Shown here in pieces: positions 52,928-62,891 of a DNA stretch of 64,000 nt. Numbering within the stretch: the stretch's first letter is position 1; every line of letters begins with the position of its first letter. The position numbers and the translations under genes are program-made. Under the pieces are notes generated by a model. That model saw only the letters and a program-made list of their open reading frames with translations. It was not told the DNA's origin and did not search any database. The stretch covers positions 224,001 to 288,000 of the forward strand of contig CAWHAE010000016.1 in the NCBI GenBank assembly GCA_963827235.1. Direction: 5' to 3'. This DNA comes from an uncultured bacterium. Lineage in GTDB: Bacteria; Chloroflexota; UBA5177; JANWHV01.

Positions 52928-54415
52928 CTACTTGAGCATAGCCTTTGCCGACGCGATCAATTCCTTCTCGAGCTGATCGAAGAATGTCTGCTCAGAGATC
53001 TGGCCCGTGACCCAGCTTACGAACGAGCGGCGTCCTTCCTGGTCGGTCTCCGGCGTATTGGGGAAGACGACCTGCCAGCCGCTGATCGTGTACTTGTACT
53101 TCGGGAAGCTGTAGTGCGTGAACTGCGCCCAGATCGGGTTCAGCGGCTGGTTCGGCACCGGTGGAATGCCGTCACCGTACTCGTTGACCAGATAGGCGAG
53201 GTTGGTGGGCGTGCCGAGGAACTGCAGGTACTTGAGCGCCGCAGCGAAGTTGTTGTGCGCCGTGGTCGAGCTCTTCATGATGCAGAGGTGCGTGGTGCCC
53301 TGCAGCGGATCCAGCAGGATGCTGCTTGGGTCGACCTTACCGTTCGCCTTGGTCATGCCGACGGGATCGGAGGCTAACGGATCGTCGGCATGCGTGATTG
53401 CCGGTGCCGGAGCGGCGACCCGGTTGAACGACAGGGTAGGATCGTTCATCAGGTTGCGGATCTGCCAGTTGCCCTGGTACTGGATCCCGAGCTTGCCTTC
53501 CCGCCACAGGAGGTCCAGATCCGTCGACGCCCAGCCCGACGTCCACAGCTTGGCCAGCTTGTATTCTTCCTCCCATAGAGCCTTTAGCTGCGGCGTCTTG
53601 ACGCTGATCTTGCCCGACACCACCGCATTCGAAGCGTCGGTGACGTTGAGGTTGCCGGTGTGCGTCGTGTCGAGCTGCGGTATGATCGTCTGGAAGAAGG
53701 CTTCGCCGAGCTGGAAGTAGATCGGCCAGACGTTCCCTTCCTTGGCTTCGCTAGGCCAGGGCGAGATGCCGCCATAGCCCATGGACTCAAGCTTCTGACC
53801 GGCGGCAAGCTCCTGGCTCCAGGTCGTGGGCACGCTGAGACCGGCCTTCTTGAGCGCGTCCTTATTGACGGCGAGCTCGACCGTCACACCGGGGAAGTTG
53901 GTGTTGACCGGGAGATACCAGTTCTTGCCGCCGGCGTAGGTCATCGACGTCTGGATGTTGGGGTAGAAGACGTCGATCCAATGCTTGTTCCCAGGAATGT
54001 ACGGGTTAGGCTGATGGAAATACTGCGTGAGATCGGCGCACCAGCCATTGTCTTGCGCAGCGGCACCGTTCACCGTGTCGGCCTCAACTTCCGGGACGGT
54101 TGCCGCCGCGTTGCGTGCAGCCAGCCACGGCGCGAAGCCCTGGCTCGCCTGTTCGCTCGGCACGCTCTCAACCGGCACGAGGTTAACCTTGATGCCCGGA
54201 TTGGCGGCTTCAAATCGTTGCGTCAAGAGAATGAGAGCTCGGTGAAGAAATGGATGCTGCGCGTCCACCTGCGTCACCTTGCTCGGAGCAAAGATCGATC
54301 CGGCAAAGACGTTGATTGTGACGGTGCTTTGAGCGTGGCTTACACCCGGCCCCCCTGCCATGGCGGGTAGAATGAACAGGCCTGAGATGAGCAGTCGGCT
54401 CATAACCCGGGACAT
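52928..54415 (-). CDS. Carbohydrate ABC transporter extracellular solute-binding protein
   Basis: GAGGAGG RBS; FEAANPGIKVNLV, NKDALKKAG, PTTWSQ and AALKYLQFL; signal peptide without a lipobox Cys. Confidence 0.88.
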   Translation of the reverse strand: MSRVMSRLLISGLFILPAMAGGPGVSHAQSTVTINVFAGSIFAPSKVTQVDAQHPFLHRALILLTQRFEAANPGIKVNLVPVESVPSEQASQGFAPWLAARNAAATVPEVEADTVNGAAAQDNGWCADLTQYFHQPNPYIPGNKHWIDVFYPNIQTSMTYAGGKNWYLPVNTNFPGVTVELAVNKDALKKAGLSVPTTWSQELAAGQKLESMGYGGISPWPSEAKEGNVWPIYFQLGEAFFQTIIPQLDTTHTGNLNVTDASNAVVSGKISVKTPQLKALWEEEYKLAKLWTSGWASTDLDLLWREGKLGIQYQGNWQIRNLMNDPTLSFNRVAAPAPAITHADDPLASDPVGMTKANGKVDPSSILLDPLQGTTHLCIMKSSTTAHNNFAAALKYLQFLGTPTNLAYLVNEYGDGIPPVPNQPLNPIWAQFTHYSFPKYKYTISGWQVVFPNTPETDQEGRRSFVSWVTGQISEQTFFDQLEKELIASAKAMLK

Positions 54416-54636
54416 GTCTGTTCCTCCTCGTTGAGTCGTGCATTGTTGATAGGGCGAGTACCAATGGTAGTCGTCGTCCCCGGTCCCCTCCGCGTCAGCC
54501 TCCGCGAGCTATCGGCAGTTCCTCCTTTCGAGCACGTGTCGAGCGATACCAGGGTAGAAGTCTGTGCGCAAGCCCAATTCGGTCGGCGCGCGGCGTGAAG
54601 GACGGGGCAGTCCTACTCCATCGCTACGAGCCCAGC

Positions 54637-54708
54637 AGGATCGTTCCTAGGACCGTTCCGATCCGCGTCGACGGGTCCCATCATAGCCGCCGCGAGCGGG
54701 TTTGTCAA
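54637..54708 (-). promoter_or_regulatory. Sigma-A promoter of the ABC operon with tandem LacI-type operators
   Basis: Minus-strand TTGACA (54703-54708)-N17-TATGAT (54680-54685); AGGATCGTTCCT and AGGACCGTTCCG at 54637-54660. Confidence 0.85.
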
Positions 54709-54800
54709 TGAACGTCCGCAAGCTTCTTACCGGCGGTTTCGACGGCATATCTGCTCACCTCGATCCACAGTCAGCCGTGCGCAGCGAGCTGCGGGCGCCG

Positions 54801-54873
54801 TTGACAGCGCGACACGACACGGCTATGATGGTCAGCGTGACCGGGCGTCAGGATCGTTCCTAGGAACGAAACG
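54801..54873 (+). promoter_or_regulatory. Sigma-A promoter of the LacI operon with LacI-type operator(s)
   Basis: TTGACA (54801-54806)-N17-TATGAT (54824-54829); AGGATCGTTCCT and AGGAACGAAACG at 54850-54873. Confidence 0.85.
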
Positions 54874-54902
54874 CGCCCCTCGGACGCTTGTGGGCAGGTA
54901 AG

Positions 54903-55994
54903 ATGGCTGTCAAGACGAGGCGAATCACGAGCAGGGACGTGGCGCGCGTGGCGGGCGTCTCGCCAAATACGGTATCCCTTGTGATGCAGAACAGCCCGCT
55001 GGTCACTCCGGCCATGAAAGCGCGCGTTCAGGCGGTGGTCGAGCAGCTGGGCTATCGACCGCATGCGGCTGCAGCCGCGCTTCGCTCATCGCGCTCCTAC
55101 ACGCTGGGATACCTGGTCCAGCGCGGATACGAGGAACAGACAAGGGCCGCCACTGCCAGGGAGACCTACGCCGCGATCGACGTCTCCCACAATCAGCTCG
55201 TGAGCGCCATCGGTGCGCAGGCTCAAGCCGCCGGATACTACCTGCTGGTCGACATGTTCGTCGACGTGCCGCGCTGCCTCGCACTGCTTAGCGGCGCGCG
55301 CATCGACGGGGCGCTCGTCGACTGGCTCATCCCCGATGCAGTGTTGCAGGACCTGATTGGGCATCACGTCCCAATCGTACTCGTCGGGCGTTCCGCGGGC
55401 GACCTGCCGGTCAACTGGGTCAAGGCCGATGAAGAGGGCGGCGCCTTCCTGGCCACCCGCCACCTTGCAGAGCTTGGCCATCGCCACCTGGGCATGCTGT
55501 CCGCGGCCGGACCCCAGAAGCAGGCCAACGCGCAGACATGGGAGCGCGAGGCGGGCTTCCGGCGGGCCATCGCCCAGATGGGCCTGATGATCGATCCTCG
55601 GTCCCAGCTATATGGCGACTGGACCTTCAAGTCCGGGTACGAGCAGGGTCTGGCCATGCTCCGGCTGCAGCCGCGCCCAACCGCCGTTTACGTGCTCGGC
55701 GAGTACATGGCGGCCGGCCTTCTTGAAGCCGCAGCGGACCTTGGACTGAAAGTCCCTGACGATCTGGCAGTCGTGACCAGCCAGGGTACGCTGCTCGCGG
55801 ACGTCGTGCGGCCGAGGCTCACCACGATCCACGTGCCGATCTACGAGGTCGGCCTTCGAGCCACCGAGATGCTGCTGAACATGCTGGCCGGTGCAGCATC
55901 CGATCCGCCGCAGCAAATCGTCCTGCCCACCAGCCTCATGGTGGGCGAATCTACCGTACCCCCGTCTGCCGCAGCGGCGCGAGCCGCCAAGTAG
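54903..55994 (+). CDS. LacI family transcriptional regulator
   Basis: ITSRDVARVAGVSPNTVS HTH, LGYRP hinge, VPDDLAVV and PRLTTI. Confidence 0.95.
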   Translation: MAVKTRRITSRDVARVAGVSPNTVSLVMQNSPLVTPAMKARVQAVVEQLGYRPHAAAAALRSSRSYTLGYLVQRGYEEQTRAATARETYAAIDVSHNQLVSAIGAQAQAAGYYLLVDMFVDVPRCLALLSGARIDGALVDWLIPDAVLQDLIGHHVPIVLVGRSAGDLPVNWVKADEEGGAFLATRHLAELGHRHLGMLSAAGPQKQANAQTWEREAGFRRAIAQMGLMIDPRSQLYGDWTFKSGYEQGLAMLRLQPRPTAVYVLGEYMAAGLLEAAADLGLKVPDDLAVVTSQGTLLADVVRPRLTTIHVPIYEVGLRATEMLLNMLAGAASDPPQQIVLPTSLMVGESTVPPSAAAARAAK

Positions 55995-56010
55995 AGCCGC
56001 GGAGCTCACT

Positions 56011-56980
56011 ATGCGCATCGTGGTCGTCGGCGGTACCGGGCACATAGGGACGTATCTGTGCCCTCGTCTGGTGGAGGCTGGCCACCAGGTCATCTCGATC
56101 AGCCGCGGCATGCAGGCACCATTCCAGCACCGCGTCGCCTGGACGTCAATTCAGCGGTTGGCGGCGGACCGGGATGCCGAAGACGCGGCCGGCGTGTTCG
56201 GCTCTCGAATCCTCGACCTGCACCCTGACGCGGTGATTGACCTGATTCTGCTTCGAGCCCCACAGCGCGCGACTGCTTGTCGACGCGCTGCGCGGTTCGG
56301 TGCGCCATTTACTGCACTGTGGCACGCTCTGGGTGCATGGCGTCAATATCGAAGTGCCGGCTCGTGAGAGTAATCCACGCCATCCCATCGACGACTACGG
56401 CAGAAAGAAAGCCGAAATCGAAGCATACCTGCTTGACGAGGCGCAGCGTTCCGGCTTCCCCGCAACCGTCATTCATCCCGGTCACATCGTGGGACGAGGA
56501 TGGAGCCCGATCAATCCAGTCGGCAACTGGAACCCGCGGGTATTCAGCTGCCTGGCACATGGACGCGAGCTTGTACTACCCAACAACGGGCAGGAGACCA
56601 TGCACCACGTGCACGCCGACGACGTCGCCCAACTCTTCGAGCTATCGCTGAATCACCACAGTCTGTCGGTCGGCGAGAGTTTCCACGCGCTCTCCCCCGC
56701 CGCGCTCACCATGCGCGGCTACGCTACCGCGGCGGCAGCCTGGTTCGGCCAGGAGGCACATCTGCGCTTCCTGCCCTGGGAGAAATGGCGGGAGACGGTA
56801 AGCGAATCCGATGCCGAGCTGACCTGGGGCCACATCGCGCATAGCACGAACGGCAGTATCGCCAAGGCGCAGCATGTGCTTGGTTACCAGCCGCGCTACA
56901 CGTCGCTGCAAGCCATTCGCGAGTCTGTGGTCTGGCTGGTCGATCACGGCGTGGTCGACGCGCCGCCGCTGGACGTTTGA
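56011..56980 (+). CDS. NAD-dependent epimerase/dehydratase (extended SDR); +1 frameshift near 56246
   Basis: GGTGHIG, YGRKK and HHVHADDVA motifs; deleting one T in CTGATTCTGC restores VIDLICFEP. Confidence 0.85.
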
Positions 56981-57206
56981 TTCGCCGCGAGGTAACCCGA
57001 TGCTGCCGGCAGCCGGGTGCTGCTTTCCCTGTTGGCGAACAGGAACTGCCGGCAGGTCGCCGGCGGCAATGTCGGCTATCGTATGCCCCAAAGCCGTACC
57101 ATGCAGGGCAGGGTCTGGCGAGCCGAGATCCTTGCAGGCAATGCAGCCCGACCGCTGGTGGAGCCGGCGGGCGCCGAAGTCGACAAGCCAGGGAGTCGAT
57201 AGCGCT

Positions 57207-58490
57207 ATGAAGGTCCAGCTGGCATATGGTCGAGAGGGACTGTGGGTCGACCTTCCCGATCGGAATGTGGACGTCATCGAGCCGTGGGAGGTGCCGTGCC
57301 TGCCGGACGAGATCGAGGCCATCCGTACGGCGCTCCGCACTCCTCTCGGCGCTAGACCGCTTGGCGAGCTCACGCAGGCGGAGGACGACGTGGTGATCGT
57401 GGTGAGCGACGGCACGCGCCCCACCCCCAGCGCGCGTATCTTGCCCGCGATTCTGGCTGAGTTGCAGCATGTGCGGCGCGACAGGATAACGATCCTGGTC
57501 GCAACGGGAACCCATCGAGCAAATACGCCCGGAGAGCTGGACGAGATGCTCGGCATCGAGGTGGCGCGAGGCTACAGGGTGGTCAATCACGACGCCCGGA
57601 ACCGGGATACGCTGCGCTACGTCGGCGAGAGCGCGCGCGGCCACCCAGTCTGGCTGAACTCTCGCTACCTCGCGGCGACCGTGAGGATTCTCACCGGCTT
57701 TGTCGAGCCTCACTTCTTCGCCGGTTTCTCGGGCGGGCCGAAGGCCGTGATGCCCGGCCTAGCCGGCATGGACACGGTGTTGTGGAATCATTGCCCGGGC
57801 ATGATCTCGCACCCGCTTGCCACGTTCGGCGTGCTCGAAGGCAATCCGATACATGAGGAACAACGAGAGATCGCGCGGTCGACGTTGCCGACCTTCAGCG
57901 TCAATGTGACTCTCGACGCAAGGCACCGCCTTACCGGAGTCTGGGCCGGCGAAATGGATGCCGTCCACGCCGAGGCCGTGGCGTTCGTGCGCCGTACGGC
58001 TGTGCGGCCGATCGAACACTGCTACGACGTGGTAGTCACGACAAACAGCGGCTATCCGCTGGACCAGAACTTGTACCAGGCGGTCAAAGGAATGAGCGCC
58101 GCCGCCCGCGCCGTGCGAACCGGAGGCGCCATCGTACTGGCGGCCGAGTGCAGTGACGGAATTCCCTCTCACGGCACCTACGCCGATCTGCTGCGAGGGG
58201 CGGCGTCACTCGATGAGCTCCTCGCCGCCATTGAGACCTCACCCTCTCCGCTGGCCGACGGCTGGCAGGCACAGATTCAGGCCCAGGTGCAACGGAGCAG
58301 CGCCGTGTATCTATATTCCTCGCTGCCCGACGCGCTGGTCCGCGACGCCCACTTGTCGCCGACCCATGACGTCGGAGCTACGGTGCGGGCCCTGCAGGCA
58401 GACCTTGGGCCGGAGACGTCGGTGCTGGCACTCCCACAGGGTCCCCGCACCATCGTGAGCCGGGAACCGCTGGCCGCCGAGGCACGATGA
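57207..58490 (+). CDS. larA: LarA-family nickel-pincer-dependent alpha-hydroxy-acid racemase/epimerase
   Basis: SDGTRP, ATGTHR, EPHFFAGFSGGPK, WNH and NLYQAVKG motifs; substrate may not be lactate. Confidence 0.85.
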   Translation: MKVQLAYGREGLWVDLPDRNVDVIEPWEVPCLPDEIEAIRTALRTPLGARPLGELTQAEDDVVIVVSDGTRPTPSARILPAILAELQHVRRDRITILVATGTHRANTPGELDEMLGIEVARGYRVVNHDARNRDTLRYVGESARGHPVWLNSRYLAATVRILTGFVEPHFFAGFSGGPKAVMPGLAGMDTVLWNHCPGMISHPLATFGVLEGNPIHEEQREIARSTLPTFSVNVTLDARHRLTGVWAGEMDAVHAEAVAFVRRTAVRPIEHCYDVVVTTNSGYPLDQNLYQAVKGMSAAARAVRTGGAIVLAAECSDGIPSHGTYADLLRGAASLDELLAAIETSPSPLADGWQAQIQAQVQRSSAVYLYSSLPDALVRDAHLSPTHDVGATVRALQADLGPETSVLALPQGPRTIVSREPLAAEAR

Positions 58491-58551
58491 CGACCGTACC
58501 GGTGTACGTGCCGGCGCCGTTCACAGGTCCGCTACGATGCAAGGAGTCACC

Positions 58552-59436
58552 ATGGCTGAGCCGCGAGATGGCTATCTGACGGCGCCCACCACGGGCCTGG
58601 AGATTCACTATCGTGAATGGGAGGGGCGGGAAAGTTCCCGGACCGGCCATGCGCCCGTGGTGTTGCTGCACGGGCTGGCGTCGACCTGCCGCATCTACGA
58701 TTTGTGTGCACCCATGCTAGCTCAGACGCGGCGGGTGGTGGCCTACGACCAGCGGGGCCACGGAGATACCGCAAAGCCCGAGACCGGCTACGCCACGGAG
58801 ACCTTCGTGTTGGACGGAGCAGGCGTGGCGCGGGCGCTTGGGCTCGCGGAGCCCTACGTCGTGGTCGGCCACTCCTGGGGCGCCAGCATCGCCCTCGCAT
58901 GGGCGGCCCGCCGCCCACAGGCGGTACGCGCCGTCGTCCTGATCGACGGCGCGATCTTCCCGTACCGCGAGGCACCCGGCGCCACCTGGGAATCAGTCAG
59001 CACCCGTCTTGCCCCGCCCGACCTGAGTGCGCTGACCCTCGACGATCTGCTCGGCCGAGCCGGTGGCGCACTGAGCTTCGTGGACCAGGAGTTCCGCCGC
59101 GCCTACCTGGAAGCGCTGTTCCTGGTCGCGGAGGACGGCACAATCCGACCCAGGCTGTCGCGGGAGAACCACATGCGCATCTTGCGCACCATGTGGGACG
59201 AGGACGTCGACGCTGCATTCGGCGCACTCGAGTGCCCCGCCCTGGCTCTCCTGGCTGAGCGGGCGCCGGCCGGCGGCGAAGAAGGCGAGCTCGACCTGCT
59301 GCGGCGCCGCATGGCCCAGCGGCTCGTGCGGGCGCAGCCTCTGCTCAGCGTCCGCTGGCTTCGCGACACGGTTCACGACGTGCCCCTACAGCGGCCAGAC
59401 GTCGTGGCAGAGGCGATCCTGACCATGGATAGATAG
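58552..59436 (+). CDS. Alpha/beta hydrolase
   Basis: LLHG, DQRGHG, GHSWG and C-terminal HDV; AAGGAG RBS. Confidence 0.9.
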   Translation: MAEPRDGYLTAPTTGLEIHYREWEGRESSRTGHAPVVLLHGLASTCRIYDLCAPMLAQTRRVVAYDQRGHGDTAKPETGYATETFVLDGAGVARALGLAEPYVVVGHSWGASIALAWAARRPQAVRAVVLIDGAIFPYREAPGATWESVSTRLAPPDLSALTLDDLLGRAGGALSFVDQEFRRAYLEALFLVAEDGTIRPRLSRENHMRILRTMWDEDVDAAFGALECPALALLAERAPAGGEEGELDLLRRRMAQRLVRAQPLLSVRWLRDTVHDVPLQRPDVVAEAILTMDR

Positions 59437-59556
59437 TCGCCCAGCGATCGGGTTCCGGGGGTGGCCCTCGCACGTGGCGCAGTGGTCGCCCATCATCCGT
59501 CGGCTCGGGCCGCGTTGATCATAAGTGCCGGAAAGCGCGAACTGGGAGCAGAGCCT

Positions 59557-60243
59557 GTGACGACGTCGAGTGCCGCCGGCCAACCGGAGCGGGTCTACCT
59601 GGAGATTGGGCAGAAGCGCGTGTTCGCCTGCGCGACCGACTGGCCCGGCTGGTGCCGCTCGGCGAAGAGCGAAGATCTGGCCCTGGAGGCGCTCACCGGT
59701 TACGCCCGCCGCTACGCCCTCGTCGCCCGGGAGGCCGGGCTGCCGTTCGCTCTCGAGGCGGATCGCCCGTTCCGAGTCGTCGAGCGAGTCAGCGGCTCGG
59801 CCGGCTACACCGACTACGGTGTGCCCGGCACCGTGGCCGGCGCCGACCGGCAGCCGTGGCGGCCCGAGGATGCGGAGCGCCACGTCGCCCTGCTCGAGGC
59901 TGCCTGGAAGGTATTCGACCTGGTAGCCGCGACCGCACCGCCTGAGCTGCGCAGGGGTCCACGTGGCGGAGGCCGGGACCGGGACCGCCTCGTGGATCAC
60001 GTGCTTGGGGCCGAGGCATCCTATGCGCGCAAGCTCGGCGTGACCCACCGCCAGCCGGCACGCGGCGACCGGGGTGCCGTGGCCGCCCTGCGTGGCGCCA
60101 TCGCGGCTGCACTGCGGGCAACCAAAGGGAGCATCCCGACCGGCAAGACCGGCTGGCCGCCTCGCTCTGCCGTCCGCCGCATTACCTGGCATGTGCTGGA
60201 CCATGCGTGGGAGATAGAGGACCGCAGCCGGCCCGCGGACTGA
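59557..60243 (+). CDS. Conserved hypothetical protein (HicB-like N-terminus, DinB-like helical C-terminus)
   Basis: DWPGWCRSAKSEDLAL; DHVLGAE and WHVLDHAWEIEDRS His motifs. Confidence 0.6.
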   Translation: MTTSSAAGQPERVYLEIGQKRVFACATDWPGWCRSAKSEDLALEALTGYARRYALVAREAGLPFALEADRPFRVVERVSGSAGYTDYGVPGTVAGADRQPWRPEDAERHVALLEAAWKVFDLVAATAPPELRRGPRGGGRDRDRLVDHVLGAEASYARKLGVTHRQPARGDRGAVAALRGAIAAALRATKGSIPTGKTGWPPRSAVRRITWHVLDHAWEIEDRSRPAD

Positions 60244-60660
60244 ACGGTGTGCCGCCGGCCTTCGGAGAGAGACGCGCTTTGCCGTTTCCCCTTTGGCGCG
60301 AAACAGCCGGGGACGCGGATGGGTTCGCAGGGCCGATCGCCTGCCTGTAAGCCAGCAGTCGATGTCGACGGCGGTATGAAGGTGTAGCCGGCCCGCGGAA
60401 ACCACGGCAAGCAGCACACGCCAAGCCATCCCCCAAATTTCCTACAGAAAGGCATCAATCTGCTTCCGATAATTAAGGCTGCGGCGCGTCCTGGGCGCGT
60501 GCCACGTACCTCTGCGCAGGCCCTGTGCCGGGTTTCTCCCGGGCCGACCTGCAGATTGAGCCAGCTTCCCTCGATGGAGGCGAGTCTGAGAACTTCGGCG
60601 ACCCGTGTCAATGCTTGCGACGTTGGCAACTGAAAGGCTAGTAGCAGGGAGAACGCGTGG

Positions 60661-62478
60661 ATGAACCATCTCGACTTCACCTTTTCCGATACGATTGCCG
60701 GCTACGTCACCTCGTTCGATCAGGACTCGCGCACTTTTGGCATGAAGACCTCGGACGGCCGGCAATTCAACGTGAAGCTGAGCGACAACGCATACGCCGA
60801 GTTGATGCGCAACGCCGAGGAGCCATACGCGGACGCCACCGGCGCGATCACTCGCATGCTGGTACCCGGACGCTTCCTCTTTGCCTACGGCAGCTTCTAC
60901 CCGGAAGGGGAACTCTCCTACGAAGCCAAGCGCCTGATCTTCGTCGGCCGCGGGCCATCTGAGTACCTCTTCGAGAAGCCGGACTGGTGGATCAAACAGA
61001 TAGCCTCCGTCGGCGACTGCTACCTGAGGTGGCAGTTCGGCGAGCAGCCGATTGACTATCGCAACTACCGGACCATGATCAGCCTGACCGGTGGCAAGAA
61101 GAGGGACGACTTCCGGCAAGAGACCGACACCATCTCGCGCATGATCTACGGATTCGCATCGTGCTATTTGCTCACCGGGGAGGACCGGTTCCTGGAGGGC
61201 GCCGAGAAGGGCACGGAGTACCTGCGCGATCACATGCGCTTCGTCGACCGCGATGAAAACATTGTGTATTGGTACCACGGCATCGACGTGCACGGGAGCC
61301 GCGAGGACAAGGTGTTCGCCTCCGAGTTCGGCGATGACTACGACGCCATTCCGGCCTACGAGCAGATATACGCGCTGGCTGGTCCGATCCAGACATACCG
61401 GGTTACCGGGGATCCGCGCATCCTGTCCGACGCCGTGGCCACCATCGACCTGTTTGACAAGTTCTTCATCGACGACAAGGGCAAGGGGTACTTCTCGCAT
61501 ATCGACCCCATCACACTCGATCCGCGCGGTGAGAGCCTCGGTCGCAATCGCGCCAAGAAGAACTGGAACTCGGTCGGCGACCATGCGCCAGCCTATCTGG
61601 TAAATCTGTGGCTCGCCACGGGCGACGAGCGGTACGCGAAGATGCTCGACTACTGTGCGGACTGCATCGAGCAGTACTTCCCGGATGACGAGCACAGCCC
61701 CTTCGTGCAGGAGCGATTCTACGAAGACTGGAGCCACGACAAGACCTGGGGCTTCCAGCAGGATCGCGCGGTGGTTGGACACAACCTGAAGATCGCCTGG
61801 AACCTCACGCGCATCTACAACATGAATCCACAGGAGCGCTATGCCAAGCTGGCAAAGAAGATCGGCCACGTCATGCCTTCCGTGGGCTGCGACACGCAGC
61901 GTGGCGGCTGGTACGACATGGTCGAGCGCACGCTCAAACCGGGCGAGAAGTATCACCGCTTCTCATGGCACGACCGGAAGGCGTGGTGGCAGCAGGAACA
62001 GGCAATTCTCTGCTACCTGATTCTCGCCGGAACGTTCGGCGGCGACGAGAATCTCAAGCAGGCGCGCGAGGCTGCCGCGTTCTACAATGCCTACCACCTC
62101 GACCACGACGACGGCGGCGTGTACTTCAACGTGCTGGCCAGCGGCATTCCATACCTGGTGGGCACTGAGCGGTACAAAGGCAGCCACTCGATGAGCTTCT
62201 ACCACGCGTCGGAGCTCTGCTATTTGTCGGCAGTCTACATTAACCTGATGCTGACGAAGACGCCCATGGACTTCTACTTCAAGCCGTTGCCCGGCGCATT
62301 CCCAGGCAACGTGCTGCGCGTCTCGCCGGACATCCTGCCCCCCGGCAGCGTAAAGCTGACCTCCGTCTGGGTGGACGACGAGCCATACTCGGCCTTCGAT
62401 GCCGACGCCCTGACCGTGCAGCTACCCGACACTCGCGAGCAGGTGCGTGTGAAGGTGCAAATCACGCCGGTAGTCTAG
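60661..62478 (+). CDS. AGE-family (N-acyl-glucosamine 2-epimerase-like) protein with N-terminal extension, Slr1855-like
   Basis: Aromatic-rich (alpha/alpha)6 pattern; NSVGDH, VGHNLK, KAWWQQEQ and SFYH catalytic-type His motifs. Confidence 0.85.
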   Translation: MNHLDFTFSDTIAGYVTSFDQDSRTFGMKTSDGRQFNVKLSDNAYAELMRNAEEPYADATGAITRMLVPGRFLFAYGSFYPEGELSYEAKRLIFVGRGPSEYLFEKPDWWIKQIASVGDCYLRWQFGEQPIDYRNYRTMISLTGGKKRDDFRQETDTISRMIYGFASCYLLTGEDRFLEGAEKGTEYLRDHMRFVDRDENIVYWYHGIDVHGSREDKVFASEFGDDYDAIPAYEQIYALAGPIQTYRVTGDPRILSDAVATIDLFDKFFIDDKGKGYFSHIDPITLDPRGESLGRNRAKKNWNSVGDHAPAYLVNLWLATGDERYAKMLDYCADCIEQYFPDDEHSPFVQERFYEDWSHDKTWGFQQDRAVVGHNLKIAWNLTRIYNMNPQERYAKLAKKIGHVMPSVGCDTQRGGWYDMVERTLKPGEKYHRFSWHDRKAWWQQEQAILCYLILAGTFGGDENLKQAREAAAFYNAYHLDHDDGGVYFNVLASGIPYLVGTERYKGSHSMSFYHASELCYLSAVYINLMLTKTPMDFYFKPLPGAFPGNVLRVSPDILPPGSVKLTSVWVDDEPYSAFDADALTVQLPDTREQVRVKVQITPVV

Positions 62479-62543
62479 CCGGCGCGTACGATGCAACAGG
62501 TATTTGCGCATCACTGTTCGCGATTGCGCCGAGTGGGAGGGCG

Positions 62544-62885
62544 ATGATGGAGGTTCAGGTCAGCAACGCAGGTGGCGCCACCGTGGTAGTACTCTCCGGA
62601 GACATCGACGGCAGCACGGCGCCGATCGCTCAGGCGAAGATCCTCGAGCAGCTCGTGGCGGGCGAGGGGCTCATTCTGGACATGACTGCCGTGGCATACA
62701 TGTCAAGCGCCGGTTTGCGCATGATGCTATCGGCCCACAGGTCGGCGGCCGCCACGGGCGGCTCGGTTCGCCTTGTCGGCCTGTCCGAGGATTTGCAGGA
62801 CACCATGGCCGCTACAGGCTTCCTCGAGTTCTTCAATACGTATCCCACGGTCGCGGCGGCAGTCTCATCGCTGGGAAAGGGATAG
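62544..62885 (+). CDS. STAS-domain anti-sigma factor antagonist
   Basis: LSGDIDG and LDMTAVAYMSSAGLR with the phosphorylatable Ser motif; GGAGGG RBS. Confidence 0.9.
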   Translation: MMEVQVSNAGGATVVVLSGDIDGSTAPIAQAKILEQLVAGEGLILDMTAVAYMSSAGLRMMLSAHRSAAATGGSVRLVGLSEDLQDTMAATGFLEFFNTYPTVAAAVSSLGKG

Positions 62886-62891
62886 CCGGCC

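Noticed and set aside
60442-61956. Long antisense ORFs (also 36003-37733, 25291-26451, 33095-34363)
   Set aside because: Shadow ORFs opposite well-supported genes, as expected from high-GC codon bias
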